A DNA stretch of 64,000 nt from Synechococcus sp. (GTDB taxonomy: Bacteria > Cyanobacteriota > Cyanobacteriia > Thermostichales > PCC-7336). The stretch is taken from NCBI GenBank assembly GCA_051439605.1, contig JBFRWN010000044.1, positions 1 through 64,000 on the forward strand, in the 5' to 3' direction. The notes under the pieces were generated by a model. The model ran no database searches. It was not told the origin of the DNA and worked only from the letters and a program-made list of their open reading frames with translations. Numbering within the stretch: the stretch's first letter is position 1; every line of letters starts with the position of its first letter. A program made the translations under genes and the position numbers. Below are positions 30,577 to 40,834 of the stretch, in pieces.

Positions 30577-31200
30577 ATGCCCATTGGCGAACCACGCGTT
30601 CCTTACCGCATGCCCGGTCAGACGTATACAGAGTGGATTAGCATTTACAACCGACTGTTGTTAGAGCGTATTGTCTTCATTGGCGAAGAGATTAACGATG
30701 CCACTGCCAACGCAATTGTGGCTCAAATGTTGTACATGGATTCCACTGACGCAGGTAAAGACATTCTAATGTACATCAACTCACCGGGTGGGTCAGTAAC
30801 AGCAGGAATGGCTATCTACGACACAATGCAGCACATCAAGTCTGATGTGGCTACAGTTTGTGTGGGTTTAGCCGCTTCCATGGGAGCCTTTTTGCTCGCT
30901 GCCGGAGCTAAAGGTAAGCGGGTGGCTCTCCCTAACTCTCGCATTATGATTCACCAGCCCTCTGGCGGTGGTATGCGCGGTCAAGCCTCCGACATTGCCA
31001 TTCAAGCCAAGGAGACATTGCGAGTGAAGAATCGCCTGAATGAGCTGCTGGCAAAACACAGTGGCCAGCCTCTCGAAAAAATTGAGCGGGATGTGGAGCG
31101 CGACTACTATATGTCTGCCGAAGAAGCTAAAGACTACGGTATCGTTGATATGGTAATCGAACAGCAGGTTAAGGAAATCGCGACTACTTCAGTATTTTGA
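30577..31200 (+). CDS. clpP: Clp protease proteolytic subunit (ClpP3 type)
   Basis: [13 protein letters not shown]....[28 protein letters not shown]. Confidence 0.95.
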   Translation: MPIGEPRVPYRMPGQTYTEWISIYNRLLLERIVFIGEEINDATANAIVAQMLYMDSTDAGKDILMYINSPGGSVTAGMAIYDTMQHIKSDVATVCVGLAASMGAFLLAAGAKGKRVALPNSRIMIHQPSGGGMRGQASDIAIQAKETLRVKNRLNELLAKHSGQPLEKIERDVERDYYMSAEEAKDYGIVDMVIEQQVKEIATTSVF

Positions 31201-31269
31201 TCTCCAAAACATCTCACCATAGAATACACTTTCCCTGAGAGTATTGTTCTCTAATCGAATTTACGAATA

Positions 31270-31302
31270 GAATCCATCTCCCATTTTTGGAGATGGATTT
31301 TC
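31270..31302 (+). terminator. Hairpin/terminator after the clp cluster
   Basis: AATCCATCTCC-CATTTTT-GGAGATGGATT, an 11-bp perfect stem followed by TT. Confidence 0.65.
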
Positions 31303-31675
31303 GGTTGATTGGGAGCGTGAAAACTAATGATGATTGTCAACTTCTCCAAGAGATATCATTATCCAAAACCTTCCATAGTTCTATGTCTAAGTATCTCAAC
31401 AGAGAGGGATACAGCCATAGTAGTAAAGTGTTTGAGCTCGATCACCTGCAAGGAAATATCGATTTAAAACTTCTATACAGTACTAATTGTCTTGCAAATG
31501 AGCAATCGGTTGAAACTTCCATTACAGTCACCTAGGGAAAATCGAAGCTCAATTGCCAAGAACAGTATTTTAATAGACGTTTTGTATCAGATTGCATAAG
31601 AGGCGAGTCTGCAATATAAGATTCTCTTATCAGATACTTTTATCTCTTCAATTTGCTCTCACAATATTCTCATCT

Positions 31676-33334
31676 ATGCAGCTGACAACGATGTCTTCCT
31701 TCTCCTCGGCTCCCCTACTCCAACAGCCTCGTATCATTGCCGCGATTGATATGGGGACCAACTCTGTTCATACCGTCATTGTCGAAGTGGACCCAGCAAC
31801 GCCGAGCTTCAATATTATTGCTCGAGAGAAAGCGACCGTGCGGTTGGGGGAAACAGATGCGAGAGGATACTTAACAGAAGCAGCAATGGAACGCACATTG
31901 GCGGCTATCGAACGGGCGATCGCCTTGGCAAAATCATTTCAAGCTGAAGATATTGTGGGCGTTGCCACCAGTGCCACTCGAGAAGCCCCCAACGGGGCAG
32001 ATTTTCTCGAGCGAATTCACCAGCAGTTAAGTTTAGAAGTGGATCTGATTTCTGGCCAAGAAGAAGCCCGACGGATCTATTTGGGGGTTCTGTCCGCGGT
32101 ACATCTTCGGGGACAACCCCACATCATTATTGACATAGGGGGTGGCTCGACAGAACTCATTTTAGGCACGGGTGAAGAGGCACTATTTCTCCGCAGCGTA
32201 AAAGTAGGTGCTGTGCGCCTAACTCGGCATTTCCTGTCTAGCAATCCACCTTCCCGCAAGGAATACAAGCAATTGCAAAGTTACATCAACGGTATGCTAG
32301 AGCGGCCTGCGGAATGTATTCGCATCCTTCAACAGGGGGTCGATCCACAAGCACCCATCCGGGTGATTGGCACCTCAGGAACGATTGAGGCATTGGCTGC
32401 TGTTGATGCACATATGAAAAAAGGGGCTGTCCCTGCTAGCCTTCATGGTTACAGGTTTGACTTAGATAGCTTAGGGCAGCTGGTGGAGTACATGTGGGGA
32501 ATGACGTCTGCCGAGCGCAGTAAAATTCCCGGGCTGAACGAACGGAGGGCGGAAATCATACTCGCTGGAGCCGCTATCTTACATGAGACTTTAATGCTGC
32601 TCGGGGCCCCGGAAATCTCCGTTTGCGAGAGGGCTTTGCGTGAAGGGCTGATAGTGAACTGGATGCTGGACCATAACTTGATTGAAAACCGGCTGCGTTT
32701 TCAATCTCAGGTTCGCCGCCGGCACGTGTATCGCATGGCAAAAAAGTTCCAGGTGGATATCCCCTTTGCTGAACGGGTAGCAGACTTTGCCACCAGCTTG
32801 TTCGATCAAACTCAGTCCGTGTTGCACAAATGGGGAGATCGCGAGCGAGAACTACTGTGGGCTGCCGCCTTGTTACACAACTGCGGCCATTTTGTGAGCC
32901 ATTCTGCTCACCACAAACACAGCTATTACTTGATCCGCAATGGTGAACTGCTGGGGTTTACCGAAGAAGAAATCGAGGTCATTGCTAACCTAGCCAGATA
33001 TCACCGCAAATCTCCTCCCAAGAAAAAGCATGCTGGGTACCAGAATCTCTTAGATAACAACTATCGCCGCATGGTAGCCCAACTCAGTACACTGTTGCGT
33101 TTGGCCACTGCTCTTCATCGGCGTCCCACCCCAGCGATCGCATCGGTCAATTTAGAGTTTGAGACCAGAGAGAAAACTCTGCATGTAAAACTCACCCCGA
33201 TTAAACGTAATGATGATTGCAGCTTGGAGTTATGGGCACTGGACTTTAAAAAAGCAGTGTTTGAGGAACAGTTTGGTTATAAACTGTCGGCTTGTTTAGT
33301 GAAAAAGCAAGCGACGTCTTTTGTAGGCACTTGA
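31676..33334 (+). CDS. ppx: Exopolyphosphatase, Ppx/GppA family
   Basis: AAIDMGTNS, ATSATREAPN, ISGQEEARRIY, DIGGGSTE, ALREG, HHKHSYYLI. Start at ATG 31676 or 31691. Confidence 0.95.
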   Translation: MQLTTMSSFSSAPLLQQPRIIAAIDMGTNSVHTVIVEVDPATPSFNIIAREKATVRLGETDARGYLTEAAMERTLAAIERAIALAKSFQAEDIVGVATSATREAPNGADFLERIHQQLSLEVDLISGQEEARRIYLGVLSAVHLRGQPHIIIDIGGGSTELILGTGEEALFLRSVKVGAVRLTRHFLSSNPPSRKEYKQLQSYINGMLERPAECIRILQQGVDPQAPIRVIGTSGTIEALAAVDAHMKKGAVPASLHGYRFDLDSLGQLVEYMWGMTSAERSKIPGLNERRAEIILAGAAILHETLMLLGAPEISVCERALREGLIVNWMLDHNLIENRLRFQSQVRRRHVYRMAKKFQVDIPFAERVADFATSLFDQTQSVLHKWGDRERELLWAAALLHNCGHFVSHSAHHKHSYYLIRNGELLGFTEEEIEVIANLARYHRKSPPKKKHAGYQNLLDNNYRRMVAQLSTLLRLATALHRRPTPAIASVNLEFETREKTLHVKLTPIKRNDDCSLELWALDFKKAVFEEQFGYKLSACLVKKQATSFVGT

Positions 33335-33434
33335 AGCTGAATGATAAGTCACAACACAACTGAGAAGATAATTGAGGCTGCTTCTTTCCTGTATATTTTC
33401 CCAAACTGTATGAAGGTCAATCAACGGGTGTCGG

Positions 33435-34631
33435 CTACTGTATAGTTTTATTTTCTATCGACTGCTGCCAAGCGGATTGTGCTGCTAGCCAAACTTCTTG
33501 AACAGGGACGTTGAACTTGCGAGCCAATGCTGCACAATCGCGAAATTCTGGTTGTGCATTGATGAGCTGATTGTAACGCCGGGCAATTTTCACTTGGATT
33601 GAGCCAAACCGGGTTTCAACGCGCATCATTTCTCGTTCCAGGACGGAACGCTGCTGTAACGATCGCCGAATACCGAGGGTAGTCGTTTCCTGGAACAGAA
33701 TATCTTCACAGGCGTCTGCCAGGTGAATGGGAACAATCGCAGTCACCAAAGTGGCGGGGCGATTTTGTTTCATCGTTATCGGTTGGGAGAAGACATCTAG
33801 CGCCCCGACCTCAAATAATCGTTCGTAGGTATAGGCAATTACCTGTGGGTTCAGATCGTCAATTTGGGTTTCCAAAACCGCGATTGTTTCTATTGGCTGC
33901 TCCGCTTGGCTATTACCAATCCATATCCGCAGGATATTGGGAATTGCCAGCTCTCGCGATCCCGCCCCTACCCCTACCTGCTGTACGTCCATGGCGGGGC
34001 AAGCACCAAAACTGGCAGCAAGGCTGGCAGCCAAAGCTGCCCCCGTAGGGGTGACCAATTCTGACTCGATTCCATTGCTGAAGACTGGGATGTTGTGGTC
34101 CTGCCAAAGTTGCATCACCGCTGGGACCGGTACCGGCAGCGTGCCATGGGAACCAGTCACCCAGCCCCCCCCAACAGGCTGGGGGGAGGCAATGACCCGC
34201 TCCACCTGCAGCCAATCCAAACCAATGCAGGTGCCAATAATATCCACCAAAGCGTCGACCGCCCCCACTTCGTGGAAATGAACGGTCTCTATCGATTGAC
34301 CGTGGGCGCACGCTTCCGCTTGACCTAGCGCATTAAAAACATCCAAACTGCGTTGAGCCACAGATGGAGATAGTCTCGACTCGTTGATGAGGCGCTGGAT
34401 GTCCTTTAGGTATCGGTGGGAACTTTTTTCTGTGGTGGCTTCTACGAGAACCTGCGTTGCTTTGACCCCAGCCCTTTTAACGGAGAACACCTGCAGGTCG
34501 AATTCTTCATCCAACGGCAGTTTAGATAACTCCCGCATCAGATGATCTTGTGGCACGCCACAATCGAGAAGAGCTCCAAGGCACATGTCTCCCGCAATTC
34601 CCGCAGCGCAGTCTAGATAGGCCAGTTTCAT
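33435..34631 (-). CDS. larC: Nickel pincer cofactor biosynthesis protein LarC
   Basis: YLDC.AGIAGDMCLGALLD, VHFHEVGAVD, HG.LPVP.PA, ELVTPTGAA, ETQIDD, ETTTLGIR, PEFRDC. Confidence 0.93.
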   Translation of the reverse strand: MKLAYLDCAAGIAGDMCLGALLDCGVPQDHLMRELSKLPLDEEFDLQVFSVKRAGVKATQVLVEATTEKSSHRYLKDIQRLINESRLSPSVAQRSLDVFNALGQAEACAHGQSIETVHFHEVGAVDALVDIIGTCIGLDWLQVERVIASPQPVGGGWVTGSHGTLPVPVPAVMQLWQDHNIPVFSNGIESELVTPTGAALAASLAASFGACPAMDVQQVGVGAGSRELAIPNILRIWIGNSQAEQPIETIAVLETQIDDLNPQVIAYTYERLFEVGALDVFSQPITMKQNRPATLVTAIVPIHLADACEDILFQETTTLGIRRSLQQRSVLEREMMRVETRFGSIQVKIARRYNQLINAQPEFRDCAALARKFNVPVQEVWLAAQSAWQQSIENKTIQ

Positions 34632-34854
34632 ACAAATGAATACTACAGAAGGACAGCTATCAACGACTCAGATTAGCATTCAGATAGGTCGAAGCTCTCT
34701 TGCAAGATTCGAGTCTTTGAGGAGATGGTCGCGCCGCTCTGACGGCGATCGCGCATCTCAGCAACGAGTATTCCCCTCTTGAGAGAGCGAACTGTCACTC
34801 ACTCATGTCTGCGATTTGACTGAACGGAGTCCGTTAAGACACCGAGGATTGAAC

Positions 34855-35577
34855 TTAGCCTAGATATTCAGCAATCACTACTGTAACGTTATCGCGACCA
34901 CCATTCCCCTTAGCGGCCTCAACCAGCGCGGAAGGGATACGTTCGAGCTCGCTAGATTGGGAGCAGGTTTCAGAAATTTGGCCGTCATCTAATTCTTCTG
35001 TCAGCCCGTCACTGCAGAGCAGAAGACGATCTCCTAATTCTAGTTGAATGGGTTGAACCGCCGGTGGACCGGTGTCTGGTCGGCCAAGACAGCGTTCGAG
35101 GATATGTCGATAAGGATGGAGCTTCGATTGCGCTGGGGTGAGTTCCCCCAATCGCACCGCTCTGGCAATTAGGGTGTGGTCTTCAGTCATTTGCTGAATA
35201 TCTTTCCCCCTGAGGCGATAGAGGCGAGAATCCCCAATGTGGGCACTCCAGCAATGTCCGCTTGGATCTAGCAAAGTCACTACAACCGTTGTTCCCATAT
35301 CCCCCCGTTCGGGATGTTCGCTTTGGTCCTTCAAGATAGCTGCATTGGCTGCTTCAACTGCTTGATTGAGTAATTGGGGGGCAGGAATCTTTTTCCAGGA
35401 ACTTCTCAGGACAGCCTGGATTGACTCAACAGCCAATAAGCTTGCATGAGCCCCTGCCGCATGACCTCCCATTCCATCCGCAACGATAAAAAAACGGCCG
35501 TCCGGGTCACAATAAAAGCAATCTTGATTGCTCTTTCGAACCATTCCCTGGTCGGTATGTCCCGCAAAACGCATCAC
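34855..35577 (-). CDS. PP2C-family Ser/Thr phosphatase (PphA-like)
   Basis: TDQG.VR..NQD, VADGMGGH, MGTT, HIGDSR.Y, LLCSDGL, GGRDNVT. Confidence 0.93.
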   Translation of the reverse strand: MMRFAGHTDQGMVRKSNQDCFYCDPDGRFFIVADGMGGHAAGAHASLLAVESIQAVLRSSWKKIPAPQLLNQAVEAANAAILKDQSEHPERGDMGTTVVVTLLDPSGHCWSAHIGDSRLYRLRGKDIQQMTEDHTLIARAVRLGELTPAQSKLHPYRHILERCLGRPDTGPPAVQPIQLELGDRLLLCSDGLTEELDDGQISETCSQSSELERIPSALVEAAKGNGGRDNVTVVIAEYLG

Positions 35578-35622
35578 AATGGCAAATCCGATTGCACTAG
35601 CTAGTGGTGTACCAATTGAACC

Positions 35623-37362
35623 CTAGAATCGGTCAAGCTGTCGCAGCTTCAAGAGGGTTTTTCCCAGAAACCCCATCGCAACTATTGCCATTCCTGCAGC
35701 AATTCCCGCAAAAATGGTCAACTTTGCGATGGCCAACTGGGCACCGGTCACCAGAAATGCTGCAAACAGGATTGTTTGAATAATACCAACTCCGGTTATC
35801 TGAGTTTTCTGCAGCAGGCGATCGGTCTCAACTGAGCGTACCCGAACCCGGATGTCTCCTTGCTCTAAATTATCGAGAGTTTGCTCAATTCTTCGAGGGA
35901 GATTGATGCTGGTGTTGGTAAACTGAGCTGCCTGCCGACCGAGGCGATCGATTATAGTGTTAGTCTCACCGGGGCTGGTTTGGGTCATAAGTTCGGTTGT
36001 AAAGGGTTGGGCAATTTCTACAAAATTAAACTCTGGATCGAGAGCTTTGCCTAATCCTTCAAGTGTTGAGAAGGCACGCATGACAAAGGTAAACGTGGCA
36101 GGAAAACGAAACGGTTGGTTTTGGGCTAGCTCGTATAAATCATCGCTGATGGCAGCAATAGAGATTTCCTGATGCTCTCCCATTGGGCGATCGAGAAAAT
36201 TGTCGAGCATATACTGTACCGATCGCCTCACCGGAGACATATCGCTGCTAGGAACGAGCGCCCCTAGATCCACGAGTGATTCAACGACAACGGTGGCGTC
36301 TCTGGTGGCGATGCCCTGCAGGGTTACCATTAGTTTCGACTTGATGTTGGGCGCTATCTGACCCATCATGCCGAAATCGTAGAAAATCATCGTGCCATCG
36401 GGTTTGACCGCGATATTGCCGGGGTGAGGGTCAGCATGGAAGAAACCGTGCTGTAAGACCTGCCGCAGGTAGGACTCAGCCCCTAAGCGCGCTAGGTACG
36501 CGCGATCTAACCCGGCTGCGGTTAAAGAATCAAAATCGCTAATCTTTATACCGGGCACATACTCCAATGTCAGAATTCGCGGAGAGCTGTAGCGCCAATA
36601 CACTTTGGGTACAACAACATTGGGTACTTCGCGAAAATTTCGGCGAAAAGCATCGGCGTTTCTACCCTCGGTAAGGTAATCCACCTCTTCCCACAGGGTG
36701 CGGCGGCATTCTTCGTAGATGCCGACCCAATCGCGGCCACCCTTGCCCCACTTTGTCCTGTATTGGAAAAACTCGGCAATACCCCGCAAAATGTCGAGGT
36801 CTATAGAAAACAGGCGGTTCAGACCGGGACGCTGTACCTTGACAACGATTTCTTCTCCAGACAGTAACTGGGCGCGATGAACTTGACCGAGGCTTGCAGC
36901 GGCTATAGGGGTGGGATCGAGATAGGCATAGACCTCTTCGATATGGCGTCCCAGCTCCCTTTCGATAATGTCAACAACCTTTTCGTAATCAAAGGCCGGG
37001 ACTTTATCTTGCAGCTCTGATAATTCTTCGATGTACTCGGTGGGGAACAAATCGGCTCGTGTCGAGAACATCTGGCCCGCTTTAATAAACGTGGGCCCCA
37101 ACTCCAAGAGAGTTTCTCGAATCCATATTGCTCGGAGACGACGTCGCTGGGATAACTGCTCGTCGCTAGGGGAAGCAGAAGAACCGTAACTCCAGTTCTT
37201 TTTATCCACCCAGTTGTTATAAACCATCATGAAGACGAAGCGCCAAATGTCAATCAGGCGCCCTCGACGGCTGTAGTTATTGCGTGCCCATCGATAGGAA
37301 TCGTAAGGCTTGGCCGTTCGATTGCCAGAGGGAGGTTTCAAGGGGAGACGAATGGCGGTCAA
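35623..37362 (-). CDS. ABC1/AarF/UbiB atypical kinase
   Basis: LGPTFIK.GQ.FSTRAD, PIAAASLGQVH.A, VVKVQRP, FFHADPHPGN, YDFGMMG. Start overlaps the upstream stop (TTGA). Confidence 0.95.
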   Translation of the reverse strand: MTAIRLPLKPPSGNRTAKPYDSYRWARNNYSRRGRLIDIWRFVFMMVYNNWVDKKNWSYGSSASPSDEQLSQRRRLRAIWIRETLLELGPTFIKAGQMFSTRADLFPTEYIEELSELQDKVPAFDYEKVVDIIERELGRHIEEVYAYLDPTPIAAASLGQVHRAQLLSGEEIVVKVQRPGLNRLFSIDLDILRGIAEFFQYRTKWGKGGRDWVGIYEECRRTLWEEVDYLTEGRNADAFRRNFREVPNVVVPKVYWRYSSPRILTLEYVPGIKISDFDSLTAAGLDRAYLARLGAESYLRQVLQHGFFHADPHPGNIAVKPDGTMIFYDFGMMGQIAPNIKSKLMVTLQGIATRDATVVVESLVDLGALVPSSDMSPVRRSVQYMLDNFLDRPMGEHQEISIAAISDDLYELAQNQPFRFPATFTFVMRAFSTLEGLGKALDPEFNFVEIAQPFTTELMTQTSPGETNTIIDRLGRQAAQFTNTSINLPRRIEQTLDNLEQGDIRVRVRSVETDRLLQKTQITGVGIIQTILFAAFLVTGAQLAIAKLTIFAGIAAGMAIVAMGFLGKTLLKLRQLDRF

Positions 37363-37697
37363 GCGGACTCACTCCGATATTTCTGCAATTGAGAACGAAG
37401 TTCGGCCACCTCTGCCCTGAGGTCGTCCAGAGTTGCCTGTAGGTCTGAGGGTTGAGTCGAAAAGTTGGTGCCAGCGCCAGAGGTACTTTCTCCCCCTACA
37501 TCGCCTGCCGCATGCGCTTCTTCAGCAGCTGCCCTTGCAGCGACATCCTGACCAAATTCTTCCCATTGCTTTTGGGCTTCAGCGAAGTTCTTGCCAATTT
37601 CTCCGGCGATATCGGTCACTACTGCCTCAGCTTTTTCTGCCAGTAGGTTCGCTGTGGCTCGTCCGATAAAAAATGCGCGGGTTAGCGGATTCGACAT
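37359..37697 (-). CDS. Conserved cyanobacterial coiled-coil protein translationally coupled to the ABC1 kinase
   Basis: MSNP...AFFIGRA.A and C-terminal DLQATLDDLRAEVAELRSQLQKYR. Confidence 0.85.
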   Translation of the reverse strand: MSNPLTRAFFIGRATANLLAEKAEAVVTDIAGEIGKNFAEAQKQWEEFGQDVAARAAAEEAHAAGDVGGESTSGAGTNFSTQPSDLQATLDDLRAEVAELRSQLQKYRSESA

Positions 37698-37800
37698 ATA
37701 AAGCGCTCTGCATCCAACACTTAACAAACTATAACAAACGTAGGACTTAGGCAGTTTGACTTTGATATCGATCGGACCCCGTATAACTTTGCGACTCATT

Positions 37801-37833
37801 AAAACAACGACAGAGGCACATGTGCCTCTGTCG
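37801..37833 (-). terminator. Perfect 26-bp palindrome with U-tract; terminator of the repeat-protein gene
   Basis: CGACAGAGGCACA|TGTGCCTCTGTCG (37808-37833), followed on the minus strand by TTGTTTT. Confidence 0.75.
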
Positions 37834-37888
37834 AGAGGGATAGACTGAAGAACTTCAGGCGAACAAGCAGAAGTTCGTAGTCCAGATA

Positions 37889-38248
37889 CTAAGCAACCGC
37901 TTCGTCACTCTGCACAGACAACAAACCACCCGGGACGTAGGTGGCAGCAATCTTGAGGCCACTGGACATTATGGGGCGGTTCCCCATAAAGGTTGCCACG
38001 ATGTTATGACCGCTGGCCATCACAGGGCGATTGTTCATGAATGTGCCCGAAACCTCGTGGGTACTTGCTTGGATGGGGCGACCGTTAAGGTAGGTTGAAG
38101 CCACCTGAAGTCCACTAGCGATAATGGGACGGTTGCCCATGAACGTAGATACAATGTTTAAACTGGCAGGTGCAGTGGGACGAAGACCGAGTGCTCCGCC
38201 ACGTTCGTAGATTGCCAAGCCAGAATTTGTTTCACCTCTAGTGGTCAT
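37889..38248 (-). CDS. Hypothetical protein with 17-aa tandem repeats (119 aa)
   Basis: Strong SD (TAAGGAGG) before ATG 38248, four full repeats containing T(F/Y)xx(N/G)RP(I/V)xxS, and its own terminator. Confidence 0.85.
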   Translation of the reverse strand: MTTRGETNSGLAIYERGGALGLRPTAPASLNIVSTFMGNRPIIASGLQVASTYLNGRPIQASTHEVSGTFMNNRPVMASGHNIVATFMGNRPIMSSGLKIAATYVPGGLLSVQSDEAVA

Positions 38249-38771
38249 GGTCGGAACTCCCTCCTTAATAAGTGGAATCAAAACTGCGAGCGGTCAACTC
38301 TTTTTCTCTAGGTCTGATGGCTACAGGATTAGCAGGCACGATTCACGTTTGTGAGGCATCAGCAGACCTAATTAAGTATGCAGCAGGATCGAGGAATTGC
38401 TTCTTAGAAACAGCAATTTAGCTGCAACACCACGTTTCACAGTAACTTAATGGCGTCCCGCATTCAAATATGAACTGTCTTGGTGGTAGGCTGTTTTTTT
38501 GGATTGGGGCAAGCCACTCGAAGGTGTCCTGCCAAGTGTGAAAGTGAATGTCAATGTCTCTGGATGTGAACGTACTGGCGGGAAAACTTGCGCCTTAGCT
38601 CAGGAAGCTTACAGAGATACAACAGGCAGTCATCAGACTGGCGGCGAATGAACCAGAAGCGACTCAAAGATGTGAGTTCGTTTTTCAACTCCCACGGCGC
38701 AATTGACTCCTAAGTGGCGTTCGCCTGTAGAGTAGCCTTGTTCGTGGATAGCACCCTTATGGGGGACAAAT

Positions 38772-39500
38772 ATGGTTGATGCGCAGCTATTGTACGAAGG
38801 CAAAGCAAAACAAATTTATGCCACTGAGACAGAAGGGGTATTGCTTACTCGATACAAGGACGATGCCACTGCATTTAATGCCCAGAAGAGAGGACAAATC
38901 GCCGGTAAAGGGGCCGTAAACTGTACTGTGGCCACGCTGCTGTTTAAATACCTGCAGAAGAACGGTATCGTGACGCATTTTGTCGAACAGCTATCCCCCA
39001 TAGAGATGACGGTCAGGGCTGTAACCATTGTGCCGCTGGAAGTAGTGGTTCGAAATCGGGCGGCGGGTAGCCTATGTAAGCGTCTAGGAGTGGCGCGGGG
39101 CAAAGAGCTTACCCCACCGCTGGTGGAGTTTTACTACAAAGATGATGACTTGGGGGATCCGCTGGTGACCACCGATCACGTCGCAGTTTTGCAACTGGCC
39201 ACTCCCGACCAACTAGCAATTCTGCGATCGCAAGCAGTTGAAATCGATCGCCTTCTGCAATCCTTTTTCCTAAAATGTGGGTTAGAGCTGATTGACTTCA
39301 AGCTGGAATTTGGTACTTTGCCTGATGGTTCGATTATTCTGGCGGATGAAATCAGCCCAGACACCTGTCGGCTCTGGAATGTTGGGGACGAGCGGGTGTT
39401 GGACAAAGACCTATTTCGCTTCGATCTGGGTGACCCTGTGGCGGGCTATCAAGAGGTCCTGCAGAGGGTTCAGGCAGCTGCAAACGAACTGGGGTTGTAA
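38772..39500 (+). CDS. purC: SAICAR synthetase
   Basis: LYEGKAKQIY, YKDDATAFNA, PLEVVVRN.AAGS, DFKLEFG, LADEISPDTCRLW, DKD.FR. Confidence 0.97.
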   Translation: MVDAQLLYEGKAKQIYATETEGVLLTRYKDDATAFNAQKRGQIAGKGAVNCTVATLLFKYLQKNGIVTHFVEQLSPIEMTVRAVTIVPLEVVVRNRAAGSLCKRLGVARGKELTPPLVEFYYKDDDLGDPLVTTDHVAVLQLATPDQLAILRSQAVEIDRLLQSFFLKCGLELIDFKLEFGTLPDGSIILADEISPDTCRLWNVGDERVLDKDLFRFDLGDPVAGYQEVLQRVQAAANELGL

Positions 39501-39631
39501 CCTGGGAGCAGTGCTGTTCTCTCCCCCATTTAAGCTAAAAGCTCTGTGGACAATATGTTGTGGGTTAATAGCAATTGCAGGTTCTAAGATGGGACTATCA
39601 CTTCCACTCATCTCTTACGTTTTGAATCGCT

Positions 39632-39979
39632 ATGGCTCTCCCCGGTCTCGGCCACGTTGCTGTCAAAGTAGCAGATATTCCCCAAGCACTGGAGTTTTAC
39701 AAAAAGCTCGGCATGACGGTGGTTTGGGAAGATAGCGATTGGGCCTATGTCAAGGTTGGAGAGGATGGCCTAGCCCTTCTGGGACCAGGCTATAAAGCTG
39801 CTGGGCCACATTTTGGGTTTGTATTTCGCGATCGCGACGAATTGCAAGCTGAGCACCAACGGATTACGGATCTGGGTGTAAAGCTGGGTGCCATTCACGA
39901 TCACCGGGATGGTACTGCTTCTTGCTATGGCAAAGATTTGGATGGAAATCTATTCGAGCTCCTGTACGAGCCGGCATAA
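39632..39979 (+). CDS. VOC/glyoxalase family protein
   Basis: LGHVAVKV.D...A.EFY..LG, PHFGF, HRDGT.S.Y.KD.DGN.FE. Confidence 0.88.
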   Translation: MALPGLGHVAVKVADIPQALEFYKKLGMTVVWEDSDWAYVKVGEDGLALLGPGYKAAGPHFGFVFRDRDELQAEHQRITDLGVKLGAIHDHRDGTASCYGKDLDGNLFELLYEPA

Positions 39980-40101
39980 CTGGCTTAACTTGCAGGGTGC
40001 TGCTACATCTTTTTCAAGAGCCTGCAACGGAAAGGGAGCTTGCGATAGTTTTCAGACCGCTGCTGACGCCCAAACGTGAAATGGTCACAGCAGACACAAA
40101 C

Positions 40102-40731
40102 CTAGCTGTTAGTGGTGGGTCGCTTGTCGGATGGCAACAGAATGCGCTTCTCGATCACGGAATCGATTAAGCCATACTCTTTCGCCTCAACTGGAGACAT
40201 AAAGAAGTCGCGATCGGTATCTTTTTCGATTTTTTCTAACGGCTGACCGGTACGCTCCGCCATGATTTCGTTCAACTGCTTCTTGACAAACAGTGTTTCC
40301 CGCGCCTGAATCTCCACATCAGTTGCCTGCCCCTGTGCTCCACCCAAGGGCTGGTGAATCATAATCCGCGCATTGGGTAGCGCCATCCGCTTTCCCGGTG
40401 CACCTGCACTCAACAGGAATGCCCCCATACTGGCCGCCAAGCCCATACAAACCGTGCATACATCCGGCTGCACGTGTTCCATCGTGTCGAAAATCCCCAA
40501 TCCTGCATATACCGAACCACCGGGGCTATTGATATACATATAGATATCTTTCTCTGGGTCTTCTGCTTCCAGGAAAAGCATTTGGGCGATCGCCAGATTC
40601 GCCACCTCGTCGTCTATTCCTTTGCCCAAGAAGATAATGCGATCGCGCAATAGGCGCGAATAGATGTCAAATGCTTTCTCCCCACGATTGGACTCTTCAA
40701 TGACGGTGGGAATGGCATTAATGATAGACAT
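40102..40731 (-). CDS. clpP: Clp protease proteolytic subunit (ClpP1 type)
   Basis: [64 protein letters not shown]. Confidence 0.96.
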   Translation of the reverse strand: MSIINAIPTVIEESNRGEKAFDIYSRLLRDRIIFLGKGIDDEVANLAIAQMLFLEAEDPEKDIYMYINSPGGSVYAGLGIFDTMEHVQPDVCTVCMGLAASMGAFLLSAGAPGKRMALPNARIMIHQPLGGAQGQATDVEIQARETLFVKKQLNEIMAERTGQPLEKIEKDTDRDFFMSPVEAKEYGLIDSVIEKRILLPSDKRPTTNS

Positions 40732-40834
40732 GAGGAATCAATCCGGTCAAAAAGTGCAAAACCAACATGAAAGCTGGCAAGAGGCTCTTACCAGCATGAC
40801 ACAATGATTCGTAGAAGGGGAACTGATGTAAGAA

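Noticed and set aside
31287..31535. 82-aa ORF between clpP3 and ppx
   Set aside because: TTG start inside a terminator hairpin, AT-rich and motif-free; probably spurious.
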